64,000 nucleotides of DNA. Source: Phycisphaerae bacterium. Lineage in GTDB: Bacteria > Planctomycetota > Phycisphaerae > UBA1845. The stretch lies in the NCBI GenBank assembly GCA_029260015.1, contig JAJDEB010000036.1, forward strand, positions 1,226,554-1,290,553, written 5' to 3'. The position numbers were made by a program, and so were the translations under genes. The notes under the pieces were generated by a model. That model saw only the letters and a list, made by a program, of their open reading frames with translations, did no database searches and had not been told where the DNA came from. Below are positions 38,696-47,248 of this stretch, piece by piece (within the stretch, counting starts at the first letter, position 1; each line of letters opens with the position of its first letter).

Positions 38696-39937
38696 ATGAC
38701 ACAAGTACATAATTCTGGCGCGATCGCCAACCCATCAAACCTCGGCAGCAACGATCACATGGCATTGGTTTCGCAGTTCAGTGCGAACAACTATGAACCG
38801 CTCCCCGTGGTGATCTCGCGCGGAGAAGGCTCCTGGGTTTGGGACGTTGAGGGTAACAAGTTCCTCGACTGTCTCAGCGCGTACTCGGCGCTCAATTTTG
38901 GCCACTCGCACAAAGGCATACTCGAAGCGTTCATTGAACAAGCCCGAAAACTCACGCTGACGTCGCGGGCGTTTCAGAACGATCAGTTCGGTCCATTCTG
39001 CGAAGAGATTACCAAGTTCTCCGGTATGGACATGGTGCTCCCCATGAACACCGGCGCGGAAGCCGTCGAGACGGCGATCAAGACCGCTCGCAAATGGGGG
39101 TACGAAGTCAAAGGTGTCGAACAGGACAAAGCCCAGATCATCTGCTGCACCGGAAACTTTCACGGACGCACCACCACTGTCATCAGCTTCAGCGACGATC
39201 CGCAAACCAAGAAAGGGTTCGGACCATTCACGCCCGGATTCCCGTTGGTTCAGTACGGTTCGATCGATGCGCTGCAAGCCGCCATCACACCGAACACCGT
39301 CGGGTTTCTCTTTGAACCGATCCAGGGCGAGGGCGGTGTGGTTGTGCCACCGGATGGATTCCTCAAACAGGTTCGCGATATCTGCACGAAGAACAACATC
39401 CTGATGATCGACGACGAAGTGCAAACCGGTTTGGCTCGCACGGGCAAACGCTTCGCAATCGATCATGAAGACGTCAAACCCGACATCATCATCCTGGGCA
39501 AGGCGCTCGGTGGCGGCGTGATGCCGGTGTCGGCGATCGTTGGATCGAAAGAAACGCTAGGCGTGTTCCACCCTGGCGACCACGGTAGCACCTTCGGCGG
39601 AAACCCGCTGGCCTGTGCCGTCGCCCGCAAAGCCTTGCAAACGCTCACCAAAGAAGACCTTGCCGGACAAGCCGACAGGAAAGGGCAGAGCTTCCGCGAC
39701 AAACTGCGGGCTGCGAATTGCTCGAAGATCAAGGAAGTGCGCGGTAAAGGTCTTCTAATTGGTATAGAGATGACACCGGATGCCGGCGCGGCGAAACCTT
39801 GGTGCAAGAAGCTGATGGCCGAGGGCGTGCTTTGCAAAGACACCGTTCAGAACGTGATGCGCATCGCCCCGCCGCTGAACATCAGCGACGCCGATCTGGA
39901 TTGGGCGCTCGAGCGTGTGATCAACGTACTTCAATAG
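38696..39937 (+). CDS. rocD: ornithine aminotransferase (class III PLP aminotransferase)
   Basis: Motifs NYEPLPVVISRGEG, LSAYSALNFGHSH, TLTSRAFQNDQFGPF, PLP-lysine context ILGKALGGG. GAGGA lies upstream of ATG 38696. Confidence 0.8.
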   Translation: MTQVHNSGAIANPSNLGSNDHMALVSQFSANNYEPLPVVISRGEGSWVWDVEGNKFLDCLSAYSALNFGHSHKGILEAFIEQARKLTLTSRAFQNDQFGPFCEEITKFSGMDMVLPMNTGAEAVETAIKTARKWGYEVKGVEQDKAQIICCTGNFHGRTTTVISFSDDPQTKKGFGPFTPGFPLVQYGSIDALQAAITPNTVGFLFEPIQGEGGVVVPPDGFLKQVRDICTKNNILMIDDEVQTGLARTGKRFAIDHEDVKPDIIILGKALGGGVMPVSAIVGSKETLGVFHPGDHGSTFGGNPLACAVARKALQTLTKEDLAGQADRKGQSFRDKLRAANCSKIKEVRGKGLLIGIEMTPDAGAAKPWCKKLMAEGVLCKDTVQNVMRIAPPLNISDADLDWALERVINVLQ

Positions 39938-39942
39938 CGCGA

Positions 39943-40009
39943 CGTAGGGTGGGCCGTGCCCACCAATCCGTAGAACATTTGAACAGCGGTGGGCACGGCC
40001 CACCCTACG
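39943..40009. repeat. family A REPIN-like nested palindrome, copy 3
   Basis: Perfect 21-nt arms, starting 6 nt after the rocD stop and upstream of argF. Confidence 0.9.
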
Positions 40010-40048
40010 CACTATATTGCCGCGCACAAAATATACGGAGCATATCCA

Positions 40049-40981
40049 ATGGCCGTTAGCCTAAAGGGACGCAGTCTCGTATCGCTTAAGGATTTCTCGC
40101 GTGAAGAAATCCTTGAAATCCTCCGCACCGCCGACACGCTCAAACTTGAGCGCTTTCGAGGCCAATCGCATCCGCTGCTTGCGGGCAAGACGCTTGCGAT
40201 GATTTTTCAAAAGCCATCACTGCGCACCCGCGTTTCCTTTGAATCGGGCATGACCCAACTCGGCGGACACGCGATTTACCTTTCACCGAATGACATCTCC
40301 ATCGGTCAGCGCGAACCGACCGAAGACATCGCCAAAGTGCTTTCGCGATATTGCGACATCATCATGGCCCGGACCTTCGGGCACGATATCGTCGTTGACC
40401 TCGCGACGCACGCAACCGTCCCGGTGATCAACGGACTGTCCGACGAAGAGCATCCCTGCCAGGTTCTCGCCGACCTACAAACGATCGGTGAAAAGAAGGG
40501 CCGCCTCGAAGGGCTCAAGCTGGCATACGTCGGCGATGGCAACAACATGACCCACTCACTGATGTTCGGGTGCGCTCAGGTCGGTATGCACATGACGGCT
40601 GTCACTCCGCCGAATTACGAACCGGATTCCAAGATTTGCGCGGAGGCGGCAGCACTCGGCAAATTAAACAACTGCACCATCGAAGCTGTCACCGACTTGT
40701 CGGGAGTCGCGAATGCAGACGTGGTCTACACCGATGCGTGGGCCAGCATGGGGCAGGAAGCGGAAGCGGCAGAACGTCGCGAACGATTCGCGGAGTATCA
40801 GGTCAACGCCAAACTCATGGCCAATGCCAACCCGTCGGCAATCATCATGCACTGTCTGCCCGCGCACTATGGTGAAGAGATCGACTTTGAAACGTCGCGC
40901 ACACCGAATTGCGTCATTTTCGACCAAGCCGAAAATCGCTTACACGCACAGAAAGCATTGATGGTTTTGCTCGCAGGTTGA
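40049..40981 (+). CDS. argF: ornithine carbamoyltransferase
   Basis: Motifs SLRTRVSFE, HPCQVLADL, HCLPAH. ATG 40049. The ORF-track extension (MGTAHPT..) is repeat-derived. Confidence 0.9.
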   Translation: MAVSLKGRSLVSLKDFSREEILEILRTADTLKLERFRGQSHPLLAGKTLAMIFQKPSLRTRVSFESGMTQLGGHAIYLSPNDISIGQREPTEDIAKVLSRYCDIIMARTFGHDIVVDLATHATVPVINGLSDEEHPCQVLADLQTIGEKKGRLEGLKLAYVGDGNNMTHSLMFGCAQVGMHMTAVTPPNYEPDSKICAEAAALGKLNNCTIEAVTDLSGVANADVVYTDAWASMGQEAEAAERRERFAEYQVNAKLMANANPSAIIMHCLPAHYGEEIDFETSRTPNCVIFDQAENRLHAQKALMVLLAG

Positions 40982-40989
40982 TCGCGATT

Positions 40990-41056
40990 CGTAGGGTGGG
41001 CCGTGCCCACCAAGCCGTAGTGCGCCCGAACGGCGGTGGGCACGGCCCACCCTACG
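40990..41056. repeat. family A REPIN-like nested palindrome, copy 4
   Basis: Perfect 21-nt arms. Fills the 79-nt gap between the convergent argF and pyrG stops. Confidence 0.9.
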
Positions 41057-41060
41057 GACT

Positions 41061-42824
41061 CTAATCTGCGGTGACTCTCTCACCCTTCTTCGACTGACCA
41101 TCTTTTGAATCTGCAAACGACTTTGCAGCCGCAACGAGGCCAAGGAACATCGGATCTGGTCGAAGTGGGCGGCTTGTTAATTCGGCGTGGGCTTGTGTGG
41201 CTACGAAGTATGGATGGTCGTTGGTTGACAGTTCGAGGATCTGCATGATTCGTTGGTCGGGCGAACGGCCACAGAAAAGCATGCCGGCTGATTCTAGTTG
41301 CTTAATGTATTGCGGCGCGACTTCGTAACGATGGCGGAATCGCAGCCGAACAGATTCAGCCCCGCCATACATTTTTGAAATCATTGAGTCACTCGCGACC
41401 GCAATATCCTGCCCGCCCAATCGCATGTTACCGCCGAGTGATGCAAGCTCGCGCTGCTCGGGCAAAATGTCGATGACCGGATGCGGTGTGTTCGCGTCGA
41501 TCTCCGTAGAACCCGCCCCGCCCAAACCGCACATGTTGCGTGCGAATTCAATCACCGCAATCTGAAAACCGTAACACAATCCGAGATAGGGTAATCCGTT
41601 TTCGCGGGCATACTTGACGCAGGCGATCTTGCCATCGACTCCGCGAACGCCGAACCCACCCGGAATGATCACGCCATCGACACCCTTTAATCGCTCGGCG
41701 ACGTTTTGATCGGTCAGTTCCGTACTGTCGATCCAAACGATTTCGACTTTGATACCGTGATGCGTACCGGCGTGCTCCAACGCTTGAATGATGCTCGCAT
41801 AGCTGTCGCGAAGTGACGTGTATTTGCCGGTGATTCCGATGGTCACGGGCGACGACGCGGCTCGATATCGGGTCAGATAATCCGACCACCGCGCCCGCGA
41901 CTGCGCTTCGACCTGGGCGTTCTTCTTGGCTTTGAGGTCCAAAGTTTCGAGAACGGTTTCATCGATGCCGTCTTCGCGCAGCGCCTCTGGAATCAGGTAG
42001 ACCGTTTCGACATCGTGCATGCTGAATACGCGGTCGATCGGTACGTTGCTATACATCGCCAGTTTTTCGAGCACTTTGCGGGTGACCGGCTTGGTTGCGC
42101 GGCAGGCGATAATGTGTGGCATGATCCCGACGGCCATCAACTGTTTGATGTTGAGCTGCGCCGGTTTTGATTTTTGCTCGCCAAGCGATGGCGGTTCGAC
42201 CACATACGTCAACGCGACAAAGCAGCAACTACTTGGCCCCTCTTCAAACGCCAACTCGCGAACGGCTTCTAAGTAATACGCATTCTCAACGTCGCCGGCT
42301 GTCCCGCCGATTTCGACGAACACGACGTCCGTTTTCGTTTCGACAGCCAACTGCCGCAGATGGTATTTCACCTCGCCGGTGACATGCGGAATCATCTGCA
42401 CGTCGCGGCCGAGGTATTCACCCTTGCGCTCTTTTTCGAGCACCCGTGAAAAAATCTGCCCCGACGTCGTGAAGTTCAAGCGCGTCAGGTTCTGGTTGAG
42501 CATGCGCTCATACGTCCCCAGGTCCATGTCGCATTCCATCCCGTCATCAAGGACGAATACTTCACCATGTCGATAGGGGTTGAGCGTGCCGCTGTCGCGG
42601 TTGAGGTAACCTTCGAGTTTGATCGGTGCAACAGCAAGTCCTTTGTCCTGCAAAATGCGCGCAAGCGAACTGGAAAATATCCCCTTGCCCAAACCGCTCA
42701 TCACCGTACCGACAACGATGACGAACTTGCATTGTCCCGGTCTGTATCCGGGCGGAAGCGACGTGAAGAATTCTGTGTCTTCCGTCGATTCACCGATGGA
42801 TGCAAAGATGTCTTCCTGATTCAT
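41061..42824 (-). CDS. pyrG: CTP synthase
   Basis: GTVMSGLGKG, amidotransferase nucleophile GLCYGFQ, HRYEV. Carries an N-terminal extension of about 35 aa. ATG 42824, or GTG 42833. Confidence 0.9.
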   Translation of the reverse strand: MNQEDIFASIGESTEDTEFFTSLPPGYRPGQCKFVIVVGTVMSGLGKGIFSSSLARILQDKGLAVAPIKLEGYLNRDSGTLNPYRHGEVFVLDDGMECDMDLGTYERMLNQNLTRLNFTTSGQIFSRVLEKERKGEYLGRDVQMIPHVTGEVKYHLRQLAVETKTDVVFVEIGGTAGDVENAYYLEAVRELAFEEGPSSCCFVALTYVVEPPSLGEQKSKPAQLNIKQLMAVGIMPHIIACRATKPVTRKVLEKLAMYSNVPIDRVFSMHDVETVYLIPEALREDGIDETVLETLDLKAKKNAQVEAQSRARWSDYLTRYRAASSPVTIGITGKYTSLRDSYASIIQALEHAGTHHGIKVEIVWIDSTELTDQNVAERLKGVDGVIIPGGFGVRGVDGKIACVKYARENGLPYLGLCYGFQIAVIEFARNMCGLGGAGSTEIDANTPHPVIDILPEQRELASLGGNMRLGGQDIAVASDSMISKMYGGAESVRLRFRHRYEVAPQYIKQLESAGMLFCGRSPDQRIMQILELSTNDHPYFVATQAHAELTSRPLRPDPMFLGLVAAAKSFADSKDGQSKKGERVTAD

Positions 42825-42892
42825 GGGTTCCACCGCCGCATCACTGGTATCATTCGCTCACAACAGGATCGAAACGATCGACCCCGCACCGA

Positions 42893-43660
42893 TTATTGCT
42901 TTTGCTTCGACGTCGCTCCAAACCGAGCGACGAATGCTTCATAGTCCTGGGGCGTATCAATACCGATCGCAGCCCGATCGACCAATCGCACGGCGATTCT
43001 GTAACCATGTTCAATCCAGCGCAGTTGCTCCAGCTTTTCGGTCCGCTCCAATGGCGTTGGATAAAGCGTCTGCACCTCTTTTAGAAACGCCGATCGATAC
43101 GCATACACGCCCAGGTGCAGCAAATAGGGCGCCGGTTGATGAGATGTGCCTTCCGTTTCAAACCCGCGTGGATGGGGAATCAACGCCCGGCTGAAATAAA
43201 TCGCCCGACCGAAGCCATCCATCACCACCTTCACTGCATTCGGATCGCGCGGGTCAGCCCCCTCCAGCACGGCAAACGGACACGCCAGCGTTGCAATTGT
43301 CGCATCAGGATCAGCTTGCAAACTCTCGATCAGCGTATCAATGTGCGCCGGATCGATCTCCGGCTCGTCGCCCTGAATGTTGACCACCAATTCAGACGCG
43401 ATCTTCGCCGACACCTCTGCCACGCGATCCGTACCCGTCGGATGGTCTTCGCGGGTCATCACCACATCGCCACCAAACGACGCAACTGCATCACGAATTC
43501 GCTCGTCGTCTGTCGCAACAACGACGCGATCGACGCGCGTACACTGCGACGCACGCTCGTAAACGTGTTGAATCAGATACTTTCCGGTTTTGTTGGCGAG
43601 GGGTTTGCCGGGAAAACGGGTGGAGGCAAAGCGAGCCGGGATGACCGCAAGTGCGTTCAT
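42893..43660 (-). CDS. kdsB: 3-deoxy-manno-octulosonate cytidylyltransferase (CMP-KDO synthetase)
   Basis: AVIPARFASTRFPGKPL and VNIQGDEP. GGAGGGA lies upstream of ATG 43660. Directly upstream of pyrG. Confidence 0.85.
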   Translation of the reverse strand: MNALAVIPARFASTRFPGKPLANKTGKYLIQHVYERASQCTRVDRVVVATDDERIRDAVASFGGDVVMTREDHPTGTDRVAEVSAKIASELVVNIQGDEPEIDPAHIDTLIESLQADPDATIATLACPFAVLEGADPRDPNAVKVVMDGFGRAIYFSRALIPHPRGFETEGTSHQPAPYLLHLGVYAYRSAFLKEVQTLYPTPLERTEKLEQLRWIEHGYRIAVRLVDRAAIGIDTPQDYEAFVARFGATSKQKQ

Positions 43661-43759
43661 CGCTCGTCCCTCCACACAAAGATGCTTAAGAGTTGGTGTG
43701 GCACGGAACATTCATATCTGATTTTTCACAGGGTGTCAAAGTCGTGGTCAAGAACCCGG

Positions 43760-45778
43760 CTACGTTTCGAGCAGTTGCGCTGACTTTGACGACGGAGCAT
43801 CCATCTTACTCGACAGGGTCAGGTAAGCCGAAACAACGGCTGGGTCGAATTGCGTGCCCGACGCTTCGCGCAATCGCCTGCATGTTTCGGCTTCGCTTAA
43901 AACGTCGCGGAAAGGCCGCTTCGATCGCATCGCGTCACGGGCTTCTGCCAGCGCAATGATTCGCGACTCCAGTGGTATCTCATCACCTGCAAGACCGTCG
44001 GGATATCCGCCTCCGTCGAAATGTTCGTGATGATGTCGCACAACCCGAGCCAACTGCTCCATATCGGGTACGCGGCGCAGGATGCTCTCACCGAGTTCGC
44101 AATGCTCTTGAATTCGGCGACGCTCTCCAGTCCGCAGACGTCCGCGCTTCTCGAACAACGCTCGCGGCAAGCCGATCTTACCGATGTCGTGCAATAAACC
44201 GGCGAGTTGAATTCGCTGCAACTCGTCTTCGTTGCTCTGTCCCATTTCGCGTGCGATCTTGACTGCCAACACGCTAACCCGCTCGGCGTGATCGCGCATG
44301 TAGGGGTGGACCGAGTGAATGGTATGGCAAAGGGCTTCGATCAACCGCACCCACCGAAGCTGCTGGGCCACGTGTCGATTGCAGTTTCGCAGCGCCGTGC
44401 AACCGATCGCACTCAGCGCCACCAATACCGATTGTTGCCTCGGGGTCAGGGTCGGCTCGCCACCTTGCGGGACGGCTTCCACTACTCCGAGAAAAACGCC
44501 CGACGCCTGAAGCGGCACACGGACGACCGGTCTGGACACTCCGCCGGGACCGATCGGTTCCATCGTCACATGCACGATCGACGAATTCGCCGTATCGATC
44601 GATTGCTGCTGATCTTCAACCCAGCGCATCAATGTGCTTTCGGGCAGTAATACATCTTCGTCACCGATGCGAACATCAGCCAGGCATTCCAGTCCGTGCG
44701 TGCGTTCGTCGAGCACATGCAGCGACGCCTGTGCTCCTCCCAAGACAGCCACCACCTGTTCGACAATGTCCTGGGCCACACGGTGACGATCGGGGATGAG
44801 TTGCAAGATCGAAAAAGTTGAACCCATCAGCGCCATGGCATCGCGATCGACGACATCAGGTTTGGCCGGTTTCGACGGGGATTGCAGCGACGTGAGCAAA
44901 TCGCTCATGTCTGGCACGTCACCCTTGGTACTCTTACTCGGTTCAGCCACCACAACGCGATCGCGCCCCTGCTCCTTCGCCTCGTATAGGGCTTCGTCGG
45001 CCAACCGGATCAGTTCGGTTGCGTCATCTACCTGACTCTCCTGCACTTCCGACACGCCAATGCTCGCGGTCACGCTGATCGACTGCCCTTCAAACGTCAG
45101 CGGGTCGCAGCGCAGGGCATTGCACAGTTGCTCAGCCACCTCGCGCGCCTGATCGATGCGCGTGTTGGGCAGGATCACGACGAATTCCTCCCCGCCATAT
45201 CGCGCAACTTCGTCGGTGCGCCGAAGCTGGCTGGCCATCCTTCGTGATGCCCGCTGCAAAACAAAATCACCGGCTTGGTGACCGTAGGTGTCGTTAAGTT
45301 TCTTGAAATGATCGAGGTCCACCATCATCAGCGACAGCGGCCAGCCGGTACGGGCAGCGACTGCCGCCTCGCGTGTGAGTGTTTGCATGAAAGCGCGGCG
45401 GTTGGGCAGTCCCGTCAACGGGTCGCGCGACGCCACGTCGCTGATTTGCTTATGCTCGTGGCGCATCGTCGCGAGCGTACTGGCGATGACATCTGCGCAC
45501 AGCCGAATTTCTTTGACGCGAAACTGTGCGGGTTCAATATGCGTATCCTCCGACTTGGCTTCACGGATCGCTTCTTTCAGCTTCGCCGATTCATTCAACC
45601 AGCGCCGGCCCGTCGCAAAGACGCCAACCGCTATGACCGCCAGCGACCCGGCGATCGAATACAAGAATACCGGCATCCATTGTTCAAACAGGTGCCCCAC
45701 AAAAGAATGGTCCCGCTTGGCACTGGTCAGCGCACAAACTGCAGCGACGAACAACATCCCGATCGCCGCAAACGTCAT
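43760..45778 (-). CDS. membrane-anchored GGDEF - GAF-like - HD-GYP signalling protein
   Basis: Two N-terminal TM helices. GGDEF domain (DLDHFKKLNDTYGH, RYGGEEF). HD-GYP domain (LLHDIGKIGLP, HHEHFDGGGYPDGL). Confidence 0.85.
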   Translation of the reverse strand: MTFAAIGMLFVAAVCALTSAKRDHSFVGHLFEQWMPVFLYSIAGSLAVIAVGVFATGRRWLNESAKLKEAIREAKSEDTHIEPAQFRVKEIRLCADVIASTLATMRHEHKQISDVASRDPLTGLPNRRAFMQTLTREAAVAARTGWPLSLMMVDLDHFKKLNDTYGHQAGDFVLQRASRRMASQLRRTDEVARYGGEEFVVILPNTRIDQAREVAEQLCNALRCDPLTFEGQSISVTASIGVSEVQESQVDDATELIRLADEALYEAKEQGRDRVVVAEPSKSTKGDVPDMSDLLTSLQSPSKPAKPDVVDRDAMALMGSTFSILQLIPDRHRVAQDIVEQVVAVLGGAQASLHVLDERTHGLECLADVRIGDEDVLLPESTLMRWVEDQQQSIDTANSSIVHVTMEPIGPGGVSRPVVRVPLQASGVFLGVVEAVPQGGEPTLTPRQQSVLVALSAIGCTALRNCNRHVAQQLRWVRLIEALCHTIHSVHPYMRDHAERVSVLAVKIAREMGQSNEDELQRIQLAGLLHDIGKIGLPRALFEKRGRLRTGERRRIQEHCELGESILRRVPDMEQLARVVRHHHEHFDGGGYPDGLAGDEIPLESRIIALAEARDAMRSKRPFRDVLSEAETCRRLREASGTQFDPAVVSAYLTLSSKMDAPSSKSAQLLET

Positions 45779-46067
45779 CCGTCTACTGATGCGAATCACT
45801 TGAATCTCAAACTCCGCGCGCAGAATTCCTAGATGGGAATCTCTACATAGCCAACCGCACTTACCAACGCGATTCACTTGAATCGGTCGTTAATATTGCA
45901 TCGACCAGCGTTGCAGTCGGCTTGGGTTGAGTGCACGCAGGAATGGGTGACAGACACCGTCCGGTAAGGTGGACCTTGTAGACCGCGCATTGGAATTCTC
46001 GCAGCCCGCGGGTTGGTCGAAATATCGGACCGTAGGTGCCATGTGCAACGTGACTTGAATTGCGAGA

Positions 46068-46712
46068 TTAGCGGCGACGGATTCGCGTCAATCCCGCGAT
46101 CGACATCAGCATCCCCGTCATCCCGATAGCCCCACATCCACCACCGCCACATTGCTGCGGTTCGACTGGCTGAAATGTCAACGTGAAGGGCTCGGAATCG
46201 GCGTACACACCGTTGGAATCGACGAATCGAAATGTCGCTGAATAGGTCTGCGAAACATCGACGCCAGGCTCAACCGCAAAGATCAAATGCTCGTGCCACA
46301 GCATCTCTTCGCTCTCAGGTTCGCCCGCAAAAACGTGGCTGTCACCGTCTGACGAAAGGAGTTCGTTGCCGTCGATGTCGAATAGCCTGAACGCACTGTC
46401 AAAGCTGACTCGCTGAAGCGCAACCTCAACCGCATCGTCGAGGGCAAAGACATTTTCCTGCGGACGATCGACAGCCAGACCATCCCAACCGGGTTCAATG
46501 TTCATGTAGTAACCGAGAAATTCCCCAGACCCAATGCGCGCCAAAGTGTACGGTTCATCCACCAACGCCGGGCGGATCAATGCCAAGTTGGCTTGCTCCG
46601 AATCACTCAAGCCAACCTCGAAATCAATCTCCGATGCATCGACTCTCAAACCACACACCAAGACAGCAACCAAGACCATCGCCCGATTCAAAAGTGAACA
46701 ATTTAGATGCAC
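46068..46712 (-). CDS. secreted hypothetical protein with C-terminal membrane-anchor/sorting-like tail
   Basis: N-terminal signal peptide. C-terminus is QPVEPQQCGGGGCGAIGMTGMLMSIAGLTRIRRR. GTG start. Confidence 0.6.
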   Translation of the reverse strand: MHLNCSLLNRAMVLVAVLVCGLRVDASEIDFEVGLSDSEQANLALIRPALVDEPYTLARIGSGEFLGYYMNIEPGWDGLAVDRPQENVFALDDAVEVALQRVSFDSAFRLFDIDGNELLSSDGDSHVFAGEPESEEMLWHEHLIFAVEPGVDVSQTYSATFRFVDSNGVYADSEPFTLTFQPVEPQQCGGGGCGAIGMTGMLMSIAGLTRIRRR

Positions 46713-46779
46713 AACAACCCTCCGCGCATTTCGCGCCTGATGAATACTCGATTTTGAGTTTCAGCCAATATTGATAGAT

Positions 46780-46959
46780 TTACTCGGCTTCGGTGTTTGC
46801 CGAATCGTCGCAGCCACCCGTTGACAACAGCAGCGAATCGGTCACCAATCCCGTCAACAAGCTGTGACCGGGGTGGGCCATTAAAATTTTGGGCAGCGCA
46901 AAAACGGTCATGGTTAATACAAGAAATGCACAAACGCGAGTGCGGCGATTTCGAAACAT
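46780..46959 (-). CDS. small exported peptide (59 aa)
   Basis: GAGGTG lies 5 nt upstream of ATG 46959. Signal peptide MFRNRRTRVCAFLVLTMTVFALPKILMA, then HPGH. Lies 67 nt upstream of the next gene. Confidence 0.35.
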   Translation of the reverse strand: MFRNRRTRVCAFLVLTMTVFALPKILMAHPGHSLLTGLVTDSLLLSTGGCDDSANTEAE

Positions 46960-47102
46960 ATAGACACCTCTGCAGTCCTGATTAATAATTACAACATCCA
47001 ATGAACTCGGAACTGATTCGTCCGGCCGAATTCATCCTCCCATAGGTCGAAATTGATATGTGATGTCAGCAAGCATGTCAAGAATGCTCTGATGGTTCGT
47101 CA

Positions 47103-47175
47103 CTCCCGCGCACGCGGGAGTCCAGATCGAGCGATGGGTAACGCGATGGGCGTGGATTCCCGTTTTCGCGGGAAT
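47103..47175. repeat. pair of (A/C)TCCCG..CGGGA(A/G) hairpins downstream of ribBA
   Basis: CTCCCGCG-CA-CGCGGGAG at about 47103..47120. ATTCCCG-TTTTCG-CGGGAAT at about 47156..47175. GCGATGGG occurs twice between them. Confidence 0.6.
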
Positions 47176-47226
47176 GACAGCGGAGCGCAACCCGCAAGAT
47201 GACACGTGGGCCTACACTAGCCAGCC

Positions 47227-47248
47227 CAGTCAGTCAGTCAGTCAGTCA
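47227..47248. repeat. (CAGT)5 tetranucleotide repeat overlapping the ribBA stop
   Basis: CAGTCAGTCAGTCAGTCAGTCA. On the coding strand this reads TGA(CTGA)n. Confidence 0.9.

Noticed and set aside
22438-41056. Possibility that the repeated palindromes form a CRISPR array.
   Set aside because: The copies are kilobases apart, sit at gene ends and occur as inverted doublets rather than as evenly spaced direct repeats. No cas genes are present.
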